A model generated the notes under the pieces. The model was not told where the DNA came from. It saw only the letters and a program-made list of their open reading frames with translations, and made no database searches. A DNA stretch of 64,000 bases from an uncultured Nitrospiraceae bacterium (lineage in GTDB: Bacteria; Nitrospirota; Nitrospiria; Nitrospirales; Nitrospiraceae): contig CAWJWJ010000002.1 in NCBI GenBank assembly GCA_963846575.1, positions 2,816,001 to 2,880,000 on the forward strand. Direction: 5' to 3'. Positions within the stretch are counted from its first letter, which is position 1. The number at the start of each line of letters is the position of its first letter. Of the stretch, positions 17,729 through 27,200 are shown piece after piece. The position numbers were made by a program, and so were the translations under genes.

Positions 17729-18712
17729 TTACCGCGGCAGGTATTTCACGACATAGTCCGTGCCGTGGAAAGACGATTCGATGACCTGGATCTGGGCGGG
17801 GCTCATGGGGTTGATACCGGCCTGCATAAGCAGATCGCTACGGAGGGTCTGCCAGACCACCTGATCGAACTGGCTGCGGGTTTGCGGATGGCTGAGAGCT
17901 TCGCGCACACCCGTCTCAATGGCGTTGGCGAGACTCTCGAGGTATTTCTTGGACACGTCGCAGATGTTGATCGGAAACAGCACATCGAACCAATAGACGC
18001 ATTTGTCCTGCGCTTTCAACCCTCCGCGAAATCCGGTCCGCACGGCTTGATAGGTCGGAAACCCCCCTTGGTTGGTCGTGGGGATGATGAAGATATCGAC
18101 AATGGCGTTCTCGCCCACGGTATCACCGACCGCTTGATCGCCCTCCGGCGAGTAGTCGCGGTAATAGGTCTTGAATTGTAACGAGGGAAAATGAAACTCC
18201 AAATGGAGTTCCGTGCCTTCCGACTTGACGACCGGCGGATTCGAGAGGCCATTGGCATGCACGTACACACGGCCTCCATTTGAAGCCTCATGCACATAGG
18301 GCGGAACCGTGAATCGTCCGGCCAGACTGCGCCCGATGGTAAAGTTCGAATCGATTTGGCCGCGCAAATTGGTCAGTTGCACGAACGACTTCGAGAGATC
18401 TCCGCCGAGGAGCAGCGCGAGCGGAATTTTTTTGGTGAGAGGCGCGGGAGGCGGCGACTGGTATCGACCGGGCGCGGCACCCTGCGGAGCCAGCCCGTGC
18501 GGCATCGGCTGTTGTCCCGGTGGTGGCGCCGTGTGGGCCTGGCCCGGTGAGAGATTCGGTTGGGCCGGAACCGACGGGGTGTTGGAGCGAGGCGGAAACA
18601 CCTGCCCGAGGGCCGGGGCATCACTCCCCCCGGCGAGCACCACACCCGTCACCAGCATCCAGAGGCCGGCCGTACGCATCGTCGTTTTCATGCGATCCGT
18701 GACGAGCCTCAC
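17729..18712 (-). CDS. Exported hypothetical protein with Pro-rich N-terminal linker
   Basis: Signal peptide; directly follows the upstream stop at 18715; alternative start at ATG 18691. Confidence 0.8.
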   Translation of the reverse strand: MRLVTDRMKTTMRTAGLWMLVTGVVLAGGSDAPALGQVFPPRSNTPSVPAQPNLSPGQAHTAPPPGQQPMPHGLAPQGAAPGRYQSPPPAPLTKKIPLALLLGGDLSKSFVQLTNLRGQIDSNFTIGRSLAGRFTVPPYVHEASNGGRVYVHANGLSNPPVVKSEGTELHLEFHFPSLQFKTYYRDYSPEGDQAVGDTVGENAIVDIFIIPTTNQGGFPTYQAVRTGFRGGLKAQDKCVYWFDVLFPINICDVSKKYLESLANAIETGVREALSHPQTRSQFDQVVWQTLRSDLLMQAGINPMSPAQIQVIESSFHGTDYVVKYLPR

Positions 18713-18714
18713 CC

Positions 18715-20313
18715 CTATTGGTGTTTGAACCAGCGAGTGACCCGCACGTCCTCACCGGGCTTCGCCGCGACGTAGGACAGCGCCGTGACCTGGGCCGGCT
18801 GTTGTGCCTCATCCCGCACCAGCGTCGCATGACCGGCCTGAGTTTTTCCGAACCCGTTGGGGAGCACCGCCGGCTCCTCGACCTGGGCAGCCGCCTGCCC
18901 CGCAGGCCGCTGCTGCCCCGCGAGTTGTGTCAGGATCTCCTCCAGATCGGTACGTCTCGCCGGTGATGCCACCAGAAACAAGGTCTCCACCCCCTTGAAC
19001 TGATCCAGCGTGAACCAGTAGGGCCCGTCTGGAAAGGCCTGTTCGGTTTCGGGCTTCAGGGGATTGACGACCGTGCCGTCGGCGACGGGGAAAATCGGCT
19101 GCGCCCAGCCGGAACCATCCACCGACACGACATAGACGAAACACTCGCAGTTCGTGCGCACGACCAGCTTGAAGCGGTCGCCTTCCGGTCCGCCCTTCAG
19201 CGCTTCACCGTCCTGCATCAGGGAGACTTCTTTTCCGGTCGGAGTCGTCACCTGACGGATCAGCGCGACATCCAACGTGACCGGCTCCGCCGGTCCCGGC
19301 ACCGACCGCGTATAGATCTGACCGGGGTATCCCACGCCCATATTCGGCGCTTGTCCCTGGTAGCCATATTGCTGCCCGCCCATCGGCTGTTGATAGCCCT
19401 GCATGGGCTGCTGTTGGTACCCCGCCGGCATGCCCTGTTGCTGATAACCCTGCATCCCCTGTTGCTGGTAGGGATCCATCGGCTGCTGGTACGCCCCGCC
19501 CATGGCCTGTTGCATCGGTTGTTGCCCATAACCCGGCATGGCCTGACCGCCGGGGTACCCGGGAGCCATCGGCTGTCCCATCGTTCCAGGGGCCGCGGCA
19601 GGATAACCCGGCTGCGGAGGCAGGTTCTGCCCGCCCGGATAGCCCGGTTGCGGCGGATAGCCGCCCATCTGTCCTCCGTATTGGCCCCCATACTGTCCGC
19701 CATATTGCCCGCCGTACTGCTGGTTCATTCCGTAGGCCGGAGCCTGGACGTTCATGCCAGGCACGGAGGCGTAGGGATTGTTCGGATCGTAATACTGTCC
19801 GGCCTGGCCTTGGTAGCCGTACCCCGAACTCTGCGCGGCTCCATACCCGCCCGTTCCGCCGTACCCATAGGCCTGCTGCCCGTAGCCTCCCGGTGGATAG
19901 CCGGCGCCAGGCATCGCGCCGGTGGGATTGTAGGGATCGACATAGCTGCCGCCATATCCAGCGGCGCCGGACTGGCCCGCCATCCCGGGCTGTCCCCCCA
20001 TCTGATTCATCATCGCCTGCTGCTGTTGCTGCAACATCACCGGCGGAACCAGCGCGGCCGGCGACGTCCCCATGGGCAAACCCATGGCCACGTAGGGCGT
20101 ACTCAGACGCACCATGAGCCGATTCATGTCTTCGGAATATTTCCCGCCGTAGTTCTTATTGCCGGTCATGAGCAGATTCCGGGCAAACTCGATTCCAGCG
20201 GGGATGAGGAAGGGAGCGGCAGCGCAGGAGGCTAACAGGAGAAAAGGCAGAAATGCCAGAATTCCCGCATGTTGACCGGTAGAAACTCTGGGCGACCTGT
20301 GACATCCGTTCAT
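18715..20313 (-). CDS. Lipoprotein with Q/G/Y/P/M low-complexity region and C-terminal DUF4384-like domain
   Basis: Lipobox LAS-C; C-terminal GDRFKLVV....CFVYVVSVDGSG....IFP...G.ETLFLVAS pattern. Confidence 0.8.
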   Translation of the reverse strand: MNGCHRSPRVSTGQHAGILAFLPFLLLASCAAAPFLIPAGIEFARNLLMTGNKNYGGKYSEDMNRLMVRLSTPYVAMGLPMGTSPAALVPPVMLQQQQQAMMNQMGGQPGMAGQSGAAGYGGSYVDPYNPTGAMPGAGYPPGGYGQQAYGYGGTGGYGAAQSSGYGYQGQAGQYYDPNNPYASVPGMNVQAPAYGMNQQYGGQYGGQYGGQYGGQMGGYPPQPGYPGGQNLPPQPGYPAAAPGTMGQPMAPGYPGGQAMPGYGQQPMQQAMGGAYQQPMDPYQQQGMQGYQQQGMPAGYQQQPMQGYQQPMGGQQYGYQGQAPNMGVGYPGQIYTRSVPGPAEPVTLDVALIRQVTTPTGKEVSLMQDGEALKGGPEGDRFKLVVRTNCECFVYVVSVDGSGWAQPIFPVADGTVVNPLKPETEQAFPDGPYWFTLDQFKGVETLFLVASPARRTDLEEILTQLAGQQRPAGQAAAQVEEPAVLPNGFGKTQAGHATLVRDEAQQPAQVTALSYVAAKPGEDVRVTRWFKHQ

Positions 20314-20339
20314 CGTAGCACCTCACCGTCTAGCCGTTT

Positions 20340-20364
20340 GTCGCCGCGATCCGGAGAAGGTTCA
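20340..20364 (-). promoter_or_regulatory. Putative ECF sigma promoter TGAACC-N15-CGAC
   Basis: Minus strand tgaacc ttctccggatcgcgg cgac, 26 nt before ATG 20313. Confidence 0.7.
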
Positions 20365-20489
20365 CGGGATTGTAGGCTCCGGGTCCCCGGCGGGTCAACC
20401 GGCTGCTATTGAGAGGCTGCCGGCTTCTATGTTACAGCAGAGGCGCCGGCACGTCGGTACCTCTGCCTTTTTCTCGAACATGTGGGCCC

Positions 20490-21074
20490 ATGAGCGCGAC
20501 TCACGAGCACAACGCGGTGGAGGGCACGCTGGTGATGCGGGCGGCAGGCGGAGACACCCACGCTTTCGAAGCTCTGTACCGACTCTACGAAAAGCGGGTG
20601 TTCCATTATATCTGCACCTTCGTGCGCGACCATTCGCTAGCGGAAGAGGTGGTCGGGGAAGTCATGCTGGCCGTGTGGCGCGGAGCCTGCCACTTTGCGA
20701 ATCAGTCTCGCGTCTCGACATGGATCTTCGGTATCGCCCGTCACAAGGCCCTCGATGCCGTCCGGCGAAGCGGCCGGCCTGATCACAAGGCCGTGACGAT
20801 CGACGACCTGCCCGATCTTCCCAGCCAACAGGACACGCCGATCGAACAGATTCAACGGGAACAGCTCGCCACCGTGATGCGGCAGGCGCTTGGTGCCCTG
20901 TCGCCCGAACATCAGGAAGTGTTGCGATTGGTGTTTTACGAGGAACTTCCCTACGAAGACATCGCGCTGCTGCTCAGCATTCCGGAAAATACCGTCAAAA
21001 CCCGCGTGTTTTACGCCAAGCAACAGCTGAAACGACAGATCAATCGCTCGATCTCCAGAGAGACCGTCTTATGA
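20490..21074 (+). CDS. ECF RNA polymerase sigma factor
   Basis: Region 2 (GD..AFE.LY, AEEVVGEV, STWIFGIARHKALD) and region 4 (LPYEDIA.LL.IPENTVKTRVFYAK). Confidence 0.95.
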   Translation: MSATHEHNAVEGTLVMRAAGGDTHAFEALYRLYEKRVFHYICTFVRDHSLAEEVVGEVMLAVWRGACHFANQSRVSTWIFGIARHKALDAVRRSGRPDHKAVTIDDLPDLPSQQDTPIEQIQREQLATVMRQALGALSPEHQEVLRLVFYEELPYEDIALLLSIPENTVKTRVFYAKQQLKRQINRSISRETVL

Positions 21075-21748
21075 CGACGCCGAACGAAGCCTCCATGGCC
21101 CACCCGGCTGCGACACTCCTTCCCTGGTATCTGACCGGCACCTTGAAGGAGGCCGAACGACGAACGGTGGATGAGCACCTGGCGACCTGCGCCGACTGTC
21201 GCGCTGAACTGGACAGTCTGGCCCAGCTGCGTGCTCCGCTGCAGGCGGCGCTGGCCGCGGAGCCCACGCCGGTCCTGCATGTGAAGGAGGCCGTGATGGC
21301 GCAGGTCCGGACGGAACGGGAGGCTCGTCACAGTCCCAATGCGTCGCCATCTGATGGATGGGCCGGCCATGCGGTGGAGCAGTGGTTTCGCAATCTGTTC
21401 GCACCGCGGTGGGTCCCCGCACTCGCCGCGACCCTGTTGATCGGTCAATTCGCCCTGCTCCTGTGGACGGCCGGCCCGCAAACCATCCCGCCCCCTGACC
21501 AGGTCACCAGCCGGGGTGTTTCGCCGGCGGCCGTCCGCGTCATGTTGGTGTTCCAGAAGTCGGCATCCGAGGCGCGCATCCGGGCCGTCATTTTGAACTT
21601 GAAGGGCCGCCTCGTCGATGGGCCCACCGCGGACGGCGTCTATACCATCACCATCCCGGCGGCCGAATCGGCAGGACTCGAGGCCAGCCTCAAGCGGCTG
21701 CAGCAACAAACCGATCTGATCCGGAAGGCAGAGTTGGTCCGCCGATGA
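21071..21748 (+). CDS. zf-HC2 (ZAS) membrane-anchored anti-sigma factor
   Basis: ATGA overlap with the sigma gene; LLPWY..G.L...E...V..HL..C..C; one TM helix; small C-terminal periplasmic domain. Confidence 0.9.
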   Translation: MTTPNEASMAHPAATLLPWYLTGTLKEAERRTVDEHLATCADCRAELDSLAQLRAPLQAALAAEPTPVLHVKEAVMAQVRTEREARHSPNASPSDGWAGHAVEQWFRNLFAPRWVPALAATLLIGQFALLLWTAGPQTIPPPDQVTSRGVSPAAVRVMLVFQKSASEARIRAVILNLKGRLVDGPTADGVYTITIPAAESAGLEASLKRLQQQTDLIRKAELVRR

Positions 21749-21770
21749 ACCTTTACCCGCGCGATCCGAC
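21746..21770 (+). promoter_or_regulatory. Putative ECF sigma promoter TGAACC-N15-CGAC
   Basis: tgaacc tttacccgcgcgatc cgac, 27 nt before the protease ATG. Confidence 0.7.
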
Positions 21771-21797
21771 CCACGGATCAGGACACGAGGACAGGAC

Positions 21798-24020
21798 ATG
21801 ACCCCACGATCTTTCTGCTGCATGACGCTCGCCTGTGCCATCCTGACCATGGGCGGTGTCGGGCGGGCGGCCGATTCCACCAAGACGGCCACGAAACGCG
21901 CGTTGCTCATCGGCATCAACCGCTACCAGGCGCTGCCCTCGCTCAACGGCTCCCTCAACGACATCGAAACGATGCGGCAGGTCCTCACGACGCGGTGGGG
22001 ATTTCAACCGCAACGCATCACGATGCTCACCGACCAGGCTGCCACCCGCGCGGGGATGCTGGCCGCATTCGACAAGCTGGCCAAGGAGACGGGCCCGGAT
22101 GATGTGGTGTACGTGCACTATTCCGGCCATGGATCCCAGGTCGAAGATTTCAGCGGCGATGAGACGGACGATCACCTGGACGAGACACTGGTTCCGCACG
22201 ACGGCCGGACGGCCAATGTGCGGGATATTACCGATGACGAGTTGGATGAGATCTTCTCCCGGCTCCAGGCCCGAAGCGTCTTGATCGTGCTCGATTCCTG
22301 CCATTCCGGCACGGCGACGAGATCTCTCGATATCCGTACCCGTTCCGTCCCCAAGGACAGCAGGGTAGAGTTGTACCGCCCCTCCGCCGTGCAGACCCGC
22401 CAGGTGGTGCCGGTCGTGGCTTCACGGTATGTCCTCATGAGCGGGGCCGCGGCCAATCAGGAAGCCCTGGATGGTCCGGTTGAAGGACGGTATCACGGAT
22501 TTTTCTCCTACTCCCTGGCCAAGAGCATCGGGAGCGCCGACCGGGCCGCGACTCCGCGCGACATTTTTGCCGGCGTCGAACGCGAAATGCGGCGCATCCA
22601 AACCCATTTCGGTCGCACGTCCATGCCGGAGCCGCAACTGGAAGCTCCCCCCGTTCTGTTGGACAGGCCGCTCCTTCCTTCCTTGAAGGCCCCGGCGTCC
22701 CCGGCGGAGGCTGGCGCCCCGGCGCGTCTTCCCTGGGTGGAAGTGAAAGCCGCCGGAGGCGATGGGTTCCTGCTGCTCCAGGGAGTTCCCCTCGGTGCAC
22801 AGCCCGGGTCCAGCTGGACGGTCTTTCCGCCGAACGAGACGGCATTCGTTCCGGGGCAGGCGCTCGGGGTCCTGACCGTCACGCAGGTTCGTGGGAAAGA
22901 CGCGCTGGCCAAGCCACAGAGTGACCCGTTCTCCATTCCCCCCGGCGCGAGGGCCGTGGCGTTTCTTCCTGCGGCTCCACCGGAGCGCATCCCGATACGC
23001 CTGTTGGATGTCCCGCCCGGCCAACGTTCCAAGATCGAAGCGGTGTTGAAACAGTACGGACGCGACGCCCAGATCGTGGAGGCCGGGCAACCGGCGCAGT
23101 ACCTCGTCGAGGTGAAGGACAACCGCCTGCAACTCTATTCAGCCGACGGCTTACAGGTCATCAGTTCATTCGCCATGGACGGCCCCCAATGGGGCGCCGG
23201 CCTCGCCCTGGTCCTCTCACGTTCCGCGAATGCCTCCGAACTCCTGACCCTGGACAACCCCTCCTCTCAACTGAAGCTCGCCGTCAAAGTGGCGGGCAGC
23301 GCACGCCGGGCCACGCGGGGGATCGCCGTCGTCGCGGATACGCAGCCGGCTCAGTATCATATTCGCCGGAATGGGGAACCCAGAAGCTCGTCCAACAGTC
23401 TGCAACTGGAAATTCAGGCGAGCGGCGATAGCTACATCACGATCGTCGATGTCGATTCCGAGGGCCATCTCAATCTGCTGTTTCCCAACGACCATCAACA
23501 ACCGGCCTTCTATCCCGATGGGCACGTGCGGGCAGGCGAACAGGTGACGATTCCCGATTCTCCACAATCCGGCAACCACGCGGGCTTCCACTGGGATTAT
23601 GCCGATCCGGCCGGGATCGATACCGTTCGTGTCTTCGCGTCCACCGACCTGGACACGGCCCGGGCCATTCGTCAGCGGGTCCGATCCGTTCCGGCACCCG
23701 CCGCCGGTACCGCCCTGGTCATGACCCGATCGGTGGTCGCCAAAGAAGTCATGGACCTTCGACGCGACCTGAGCAAAGTCGCCAGCCGGGGGCTCACGCC
23801 CATTTACGATCCCACGCCGGCCGCCCTCACCAACCAGCCACCGCCGGCCCCTGATCTTCCCCAGCCGCCGGCTCCGCCGGTCGGCGTTCCACCGCCCCAG
23901 CAACAGGCCATGGAGGCATCGAAGCCTCCCGCCCCGGTCCATCCGGTGACGCAAACGGTGGCCGCCGTTCCATCGTCCGATTGGACGGCCACATCGCTCA
24001 CCATTCAGGTCGAACCCTAA
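21798..24020 (+). CDS. Exported caspase-family (peptidase C14) protease with C-terminal DUF4384-like domain
   Basis: KRALLIGIN.Y, L.G..ND, catalytic HYSGHG and DSCHSG, Q.EA and P.PQL motifs; N-terminal signal peptide. Confidence 0.92.
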   Translation: MTPRSFCCMTLACAILTMGGVGRAADSTKTATKRALLIGINRYQALPSLNGSLNDIETMRQVLTTRWGFQPQRITMLTDQAATRAGMLAAFDKLAKETGPDDVVYVHYSGHGSQVEDFSGDETDDHLDETLVPHDGRTANVRDITDDELDEIFSRLQARSVLIVLDSCHSGTATRSLDIRTRSVPKDSRVELYRPSAVQTRQVVPVVASRYVLMSGAAANQEALDGPVEGRYHGFFSYSLAKSIGSADRAATPRDIFAGVEREMRRIQTHFGRTSMPEPQLEAPPVLLDRPLLPSLKAPASPAEAGAPARLPWVEVKAAGGDGFLLLQGVPLGAQPGSSWTVFPPNETAFVPGQALGVLTVTQVRGKDALAKPQSDPFSIPPGARAVAFLPAAPPERIPIRLLDVPPGQRSKIEAVLKQYGRDAQIVEAGQPAQYLVEVKDNRLQLYSADGLQVISSFAMDGPQWGAGLALVLSRSANASELLTLDNPSSQLKLAVKVAGSARRATRGIAVVADTQPAQYHIRRNGEPRSSSNSLQLEIQASGDSYITIVDVDSEGHLNLLFPNDHQQPAFYPDGHVRAGEQVTIPDSPQSGNHAGFHWDYADPAGIDTVRVFASTDLDTARAIRQRVRSVPAPAAGTALVMTRSVVAKEVMDLRRDLSKVASRGLTPIYDPTPAALTNQPPPAPDLPQPPAPPVGVPPPQQQAMEASKPPAPVHPVTQTVAAVPSSDWTATSLTIQVEP

Positions 24021-24230
24021 CCGGCTGCGCGCACGGGTGGCCTGCGGCGCTTACGCGACCTCGACCCGTTCATCCGCGTGACTGAGTAGTTGTGAGTCTC
24101 TAAGCTGGTGCCGGCCGGCTGGGGACTGCGGGTGATCGATCTGAGCGGCGGTGCTTCGAGGATGGCAGGACACTGAATGACAGCGTTCAGGCCCTGCCTC
24201 TGTGTAGTGACCACCGCCGCAACAGGCAGA

Positions 24231-24261
24231 GGGCGGCGCCTCGCTGAGCAAGGCGCCGCCC
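24231..24261 (-). terminator. Hairpin terminator after the multicopper oxidase
   Basis: Perfect 11-bp stem gggcggcgcct / aggcgccgccc, 6 nt past the stop. Confidence 0.65.
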
Positions 24262-24267
24262 GACTCG

Positions 24268-27200
24268 TTACGGCATGGACGCGGTGGAACGGGAAATCTG
24301 TCCCTCCCCCTGTTCCGACTTCGCCCTCTTCGTCGACGGCCCATGCTGACTCAACGGGAGAATCCGTTGGTCGTCCAGCGGGAGGACCTTGAGCAATCCC
24401 CACTGGCCGGACTGGGCGTAGGGCAATCGCTGGTTGCTCCAGACGTAGTCGCCCGGCAGGCGGAAACTTCCGCCAGCGGCGGGAATGAAGGCGTCCAGCG
24501 TCTCGGATGCGGAGAACTCCACGACGCTGATCTGGTCGGCCCCGCGCATGAACGGCTCGATCGGCCATTCATGTTTTTCGACACCGAACATGCCGTTCTG
24601 CTCGTTGCTGGCGCCGAACACATGGATGCGCACGGGATCACCCGCATGCGCCTCAATGAGCGGCGTCGCAAGACTCTCGGGCTGATCCACCGAACAGGGT
24701 TGGAACATCCTGCCTAAGGTACAGCCGTTCGATTCACGGAACTTGTACGGCTCCGACCGGTAGTTCACGGCGGTCAATCCCGCCGTGTTCTGCACATAGG
24801 GCATGAAACTCGTCCCGATGATGTTGTCCTCATCCTGAAAGAACAGGGCGACATCCCGGTAGTTCGAACGATGCTCGTAGCCCTGAATGGTCCGGTCGAC
24901 GATCACGTCCGCGATCCAGCTATTCTTCGTCGAAATATCCGCGCCGGTCTTCGGATCGCGATAGGAGGCTCCCTTGGGGCCGATCACGATTCCGCCGAAC
25001 AGGCCGTTGCGCGGGTTCGTCATCACATTCCCCCAATCCCACACCAGGGAAGCGGTCTCTCCGATGAATGGATCGGCGTAGTAGGTGTACAGCCGGCTCT
25101 CACCGGGCGCGACAGTCTGATCGCCCGGATTGTTGCCGACGTTCGCGCCCAGGGAATCCTTCGGATCGAACGCCAGACCGATCGCCGAGAACGAGGCTCG
25201 GCTCTCCTTCATCCTGTTGGTCAGCTTGACCTTGAGGCAGTCGCCGATATTCGCCCGCAGCGTCAGCGGCATCGGTTGCGCACCGGACGCCACGGTCGCC
25301 ACGTCTTCCTCCAAGACGTAAATCTTGGCCTCGGGGTTGACCATTTGAATGGTCCGCTCGAAATCGACCTCGATGGCGTCCGGCGCCTTCTGGTTCAACT
25401 TCATCGACGGGAAATCGATCGCCGCGACGTTGAAGCTCTTCACCGGCGCATCGGCAGGACAGACCGCCGGTGCCGGCGGAATCACATTGCGTCCGCTGTA
25501 ACCGGAGGGCAACTTCTGCAGATCCGGCACATCCTTATCCAACACCCGCAGGACACCCCAGGCGCCCTCGGAGAACTTGGACGAGCGACCGTTAAAGTGG
25601 ATGTAGTCGCCCGACTGCAGCCTCGGCCCGCCGGCTTGCGGCACCACCAGATCGTACCGCTCGGCGATGCCGATATGAATGGAGTTTTTCCGGTTCGCGT
25701 CGCCGGCATACCGTTCAGTCAAGAAGGTATGACCGGACAGCGTCCAGACCATGCTTTCGTTGGTCATGGTCTGCAACAGCCGGAACACGACCGTATCGCC
25801 CAGGTAGGCCCGCACCATCGGCGTGTAAGGATCGCCGTGTACGGCGCTGCTGAACAGTTTCGACGGATCCGGATCGGCCTTCAGGCGGCCCGAGATCGGT
25901 TCCGCCCTGAAATTGAGGCTGCCGCCGGTCGTATGTGTGCCGCCGTTCAGGAACGGCATCGGTGTCATCTTGATATGGTCCGGAATCGGGAAGGACACGG
26001 TCTTCCCCGCTTCCAACGCCACCTCGATCGGCTGACCGGGCGGGTTGCCCGCCGTGACGATATTGATGGTGTGCGGCACGCTATCGTTCAACTGGACCAT
26101 GAGTTCACGGAAGCTGCCGTTGACGCCATACCCCACCGGCTCCACGGTCCGGATGTCCGCCAGCGGCCCGCTCCGGATCGGTTTCCCGGTTTTCGGATCG
26201 TGGTAGGTGGATCCGACCGGCTCGACGATCATCGTGCCGAACCCGCCATGGCCCCAGGTAATCCGGCCCAACGCATGGTCGTGCCAGAACACGGTGCCGA
26301 CGTCCGAGTCGACCCAGAACCGCTGCCTGACGAATTCCACCGTCACGATATCCTTGACCGGATGATCGTGTTTCAGCGGCCGAACCAGGGTCAGTTCATT
26401 GCCCTTGATCGACTTGATCCGCCCGACTTCATTCCCGCCCACATTGTCCGCGCCGATCAGGATTTCCACTTCGGGATGGTACTGCGCGGCATTCTTGACG
26501 GTAATCACGCGGTCGCCCTTCTTCGCGGCCTTCGTGAACACCGTGTTCAGCGGCAGCGGCAGACCTTTCTTGGTCTTCTTCTCGAGCATGGTGAAGGGAC
26601 GCACCGATTGTTCGTTTGAGAAGCCGGTGATCACGCCGTCCGACGACTGGTTGTCGAACTGCAGGAAGTGCCAATGGGTATTGACCTTGGACGAATGGAA
26701 ATTCGAGTAGTCGTCGTCTTCCCATTCGCTGGTCAACATCCAGTCGACGCAATCGTAAATGTTCGACCGCACGACCAACGGGTACTTCAGGTCGTTGTTC
26801 TTCCTGATCGCGGCCTCTTCTTCATGCAGGACATAAATCAACCCGCCTTCATCCTTGATCGCCGGCGTCTCGCCCTGCTGATCGGCCAGCGTCATCGGCG
26901 TGTTGATGAAGTGCACGTTGTATTTCTTCGAGCCGGCATTCTCAGGACAGAGGCTCCACCGCCCGTTCTCACCGGGCTTCGCAGGATACGAGCTCGGCAA
27001 TCCGTCGTCGTCCAGGTGGATCATTTCCAGCCAGGGAGACGGATTGTGATTTTTTGAAAACGGGACGCGCCGCCCGAAATGCGGCTTCAGATGCGGCCAT
27101 GATACTTTGCCGGTCAAGGGCTCGAAGACAATCGGCAGCCGTTCACCGGGATGGGCCGACTGGTAGCGCGGATTCGGGACGGTGTTTTCCGGCTCGGTCA

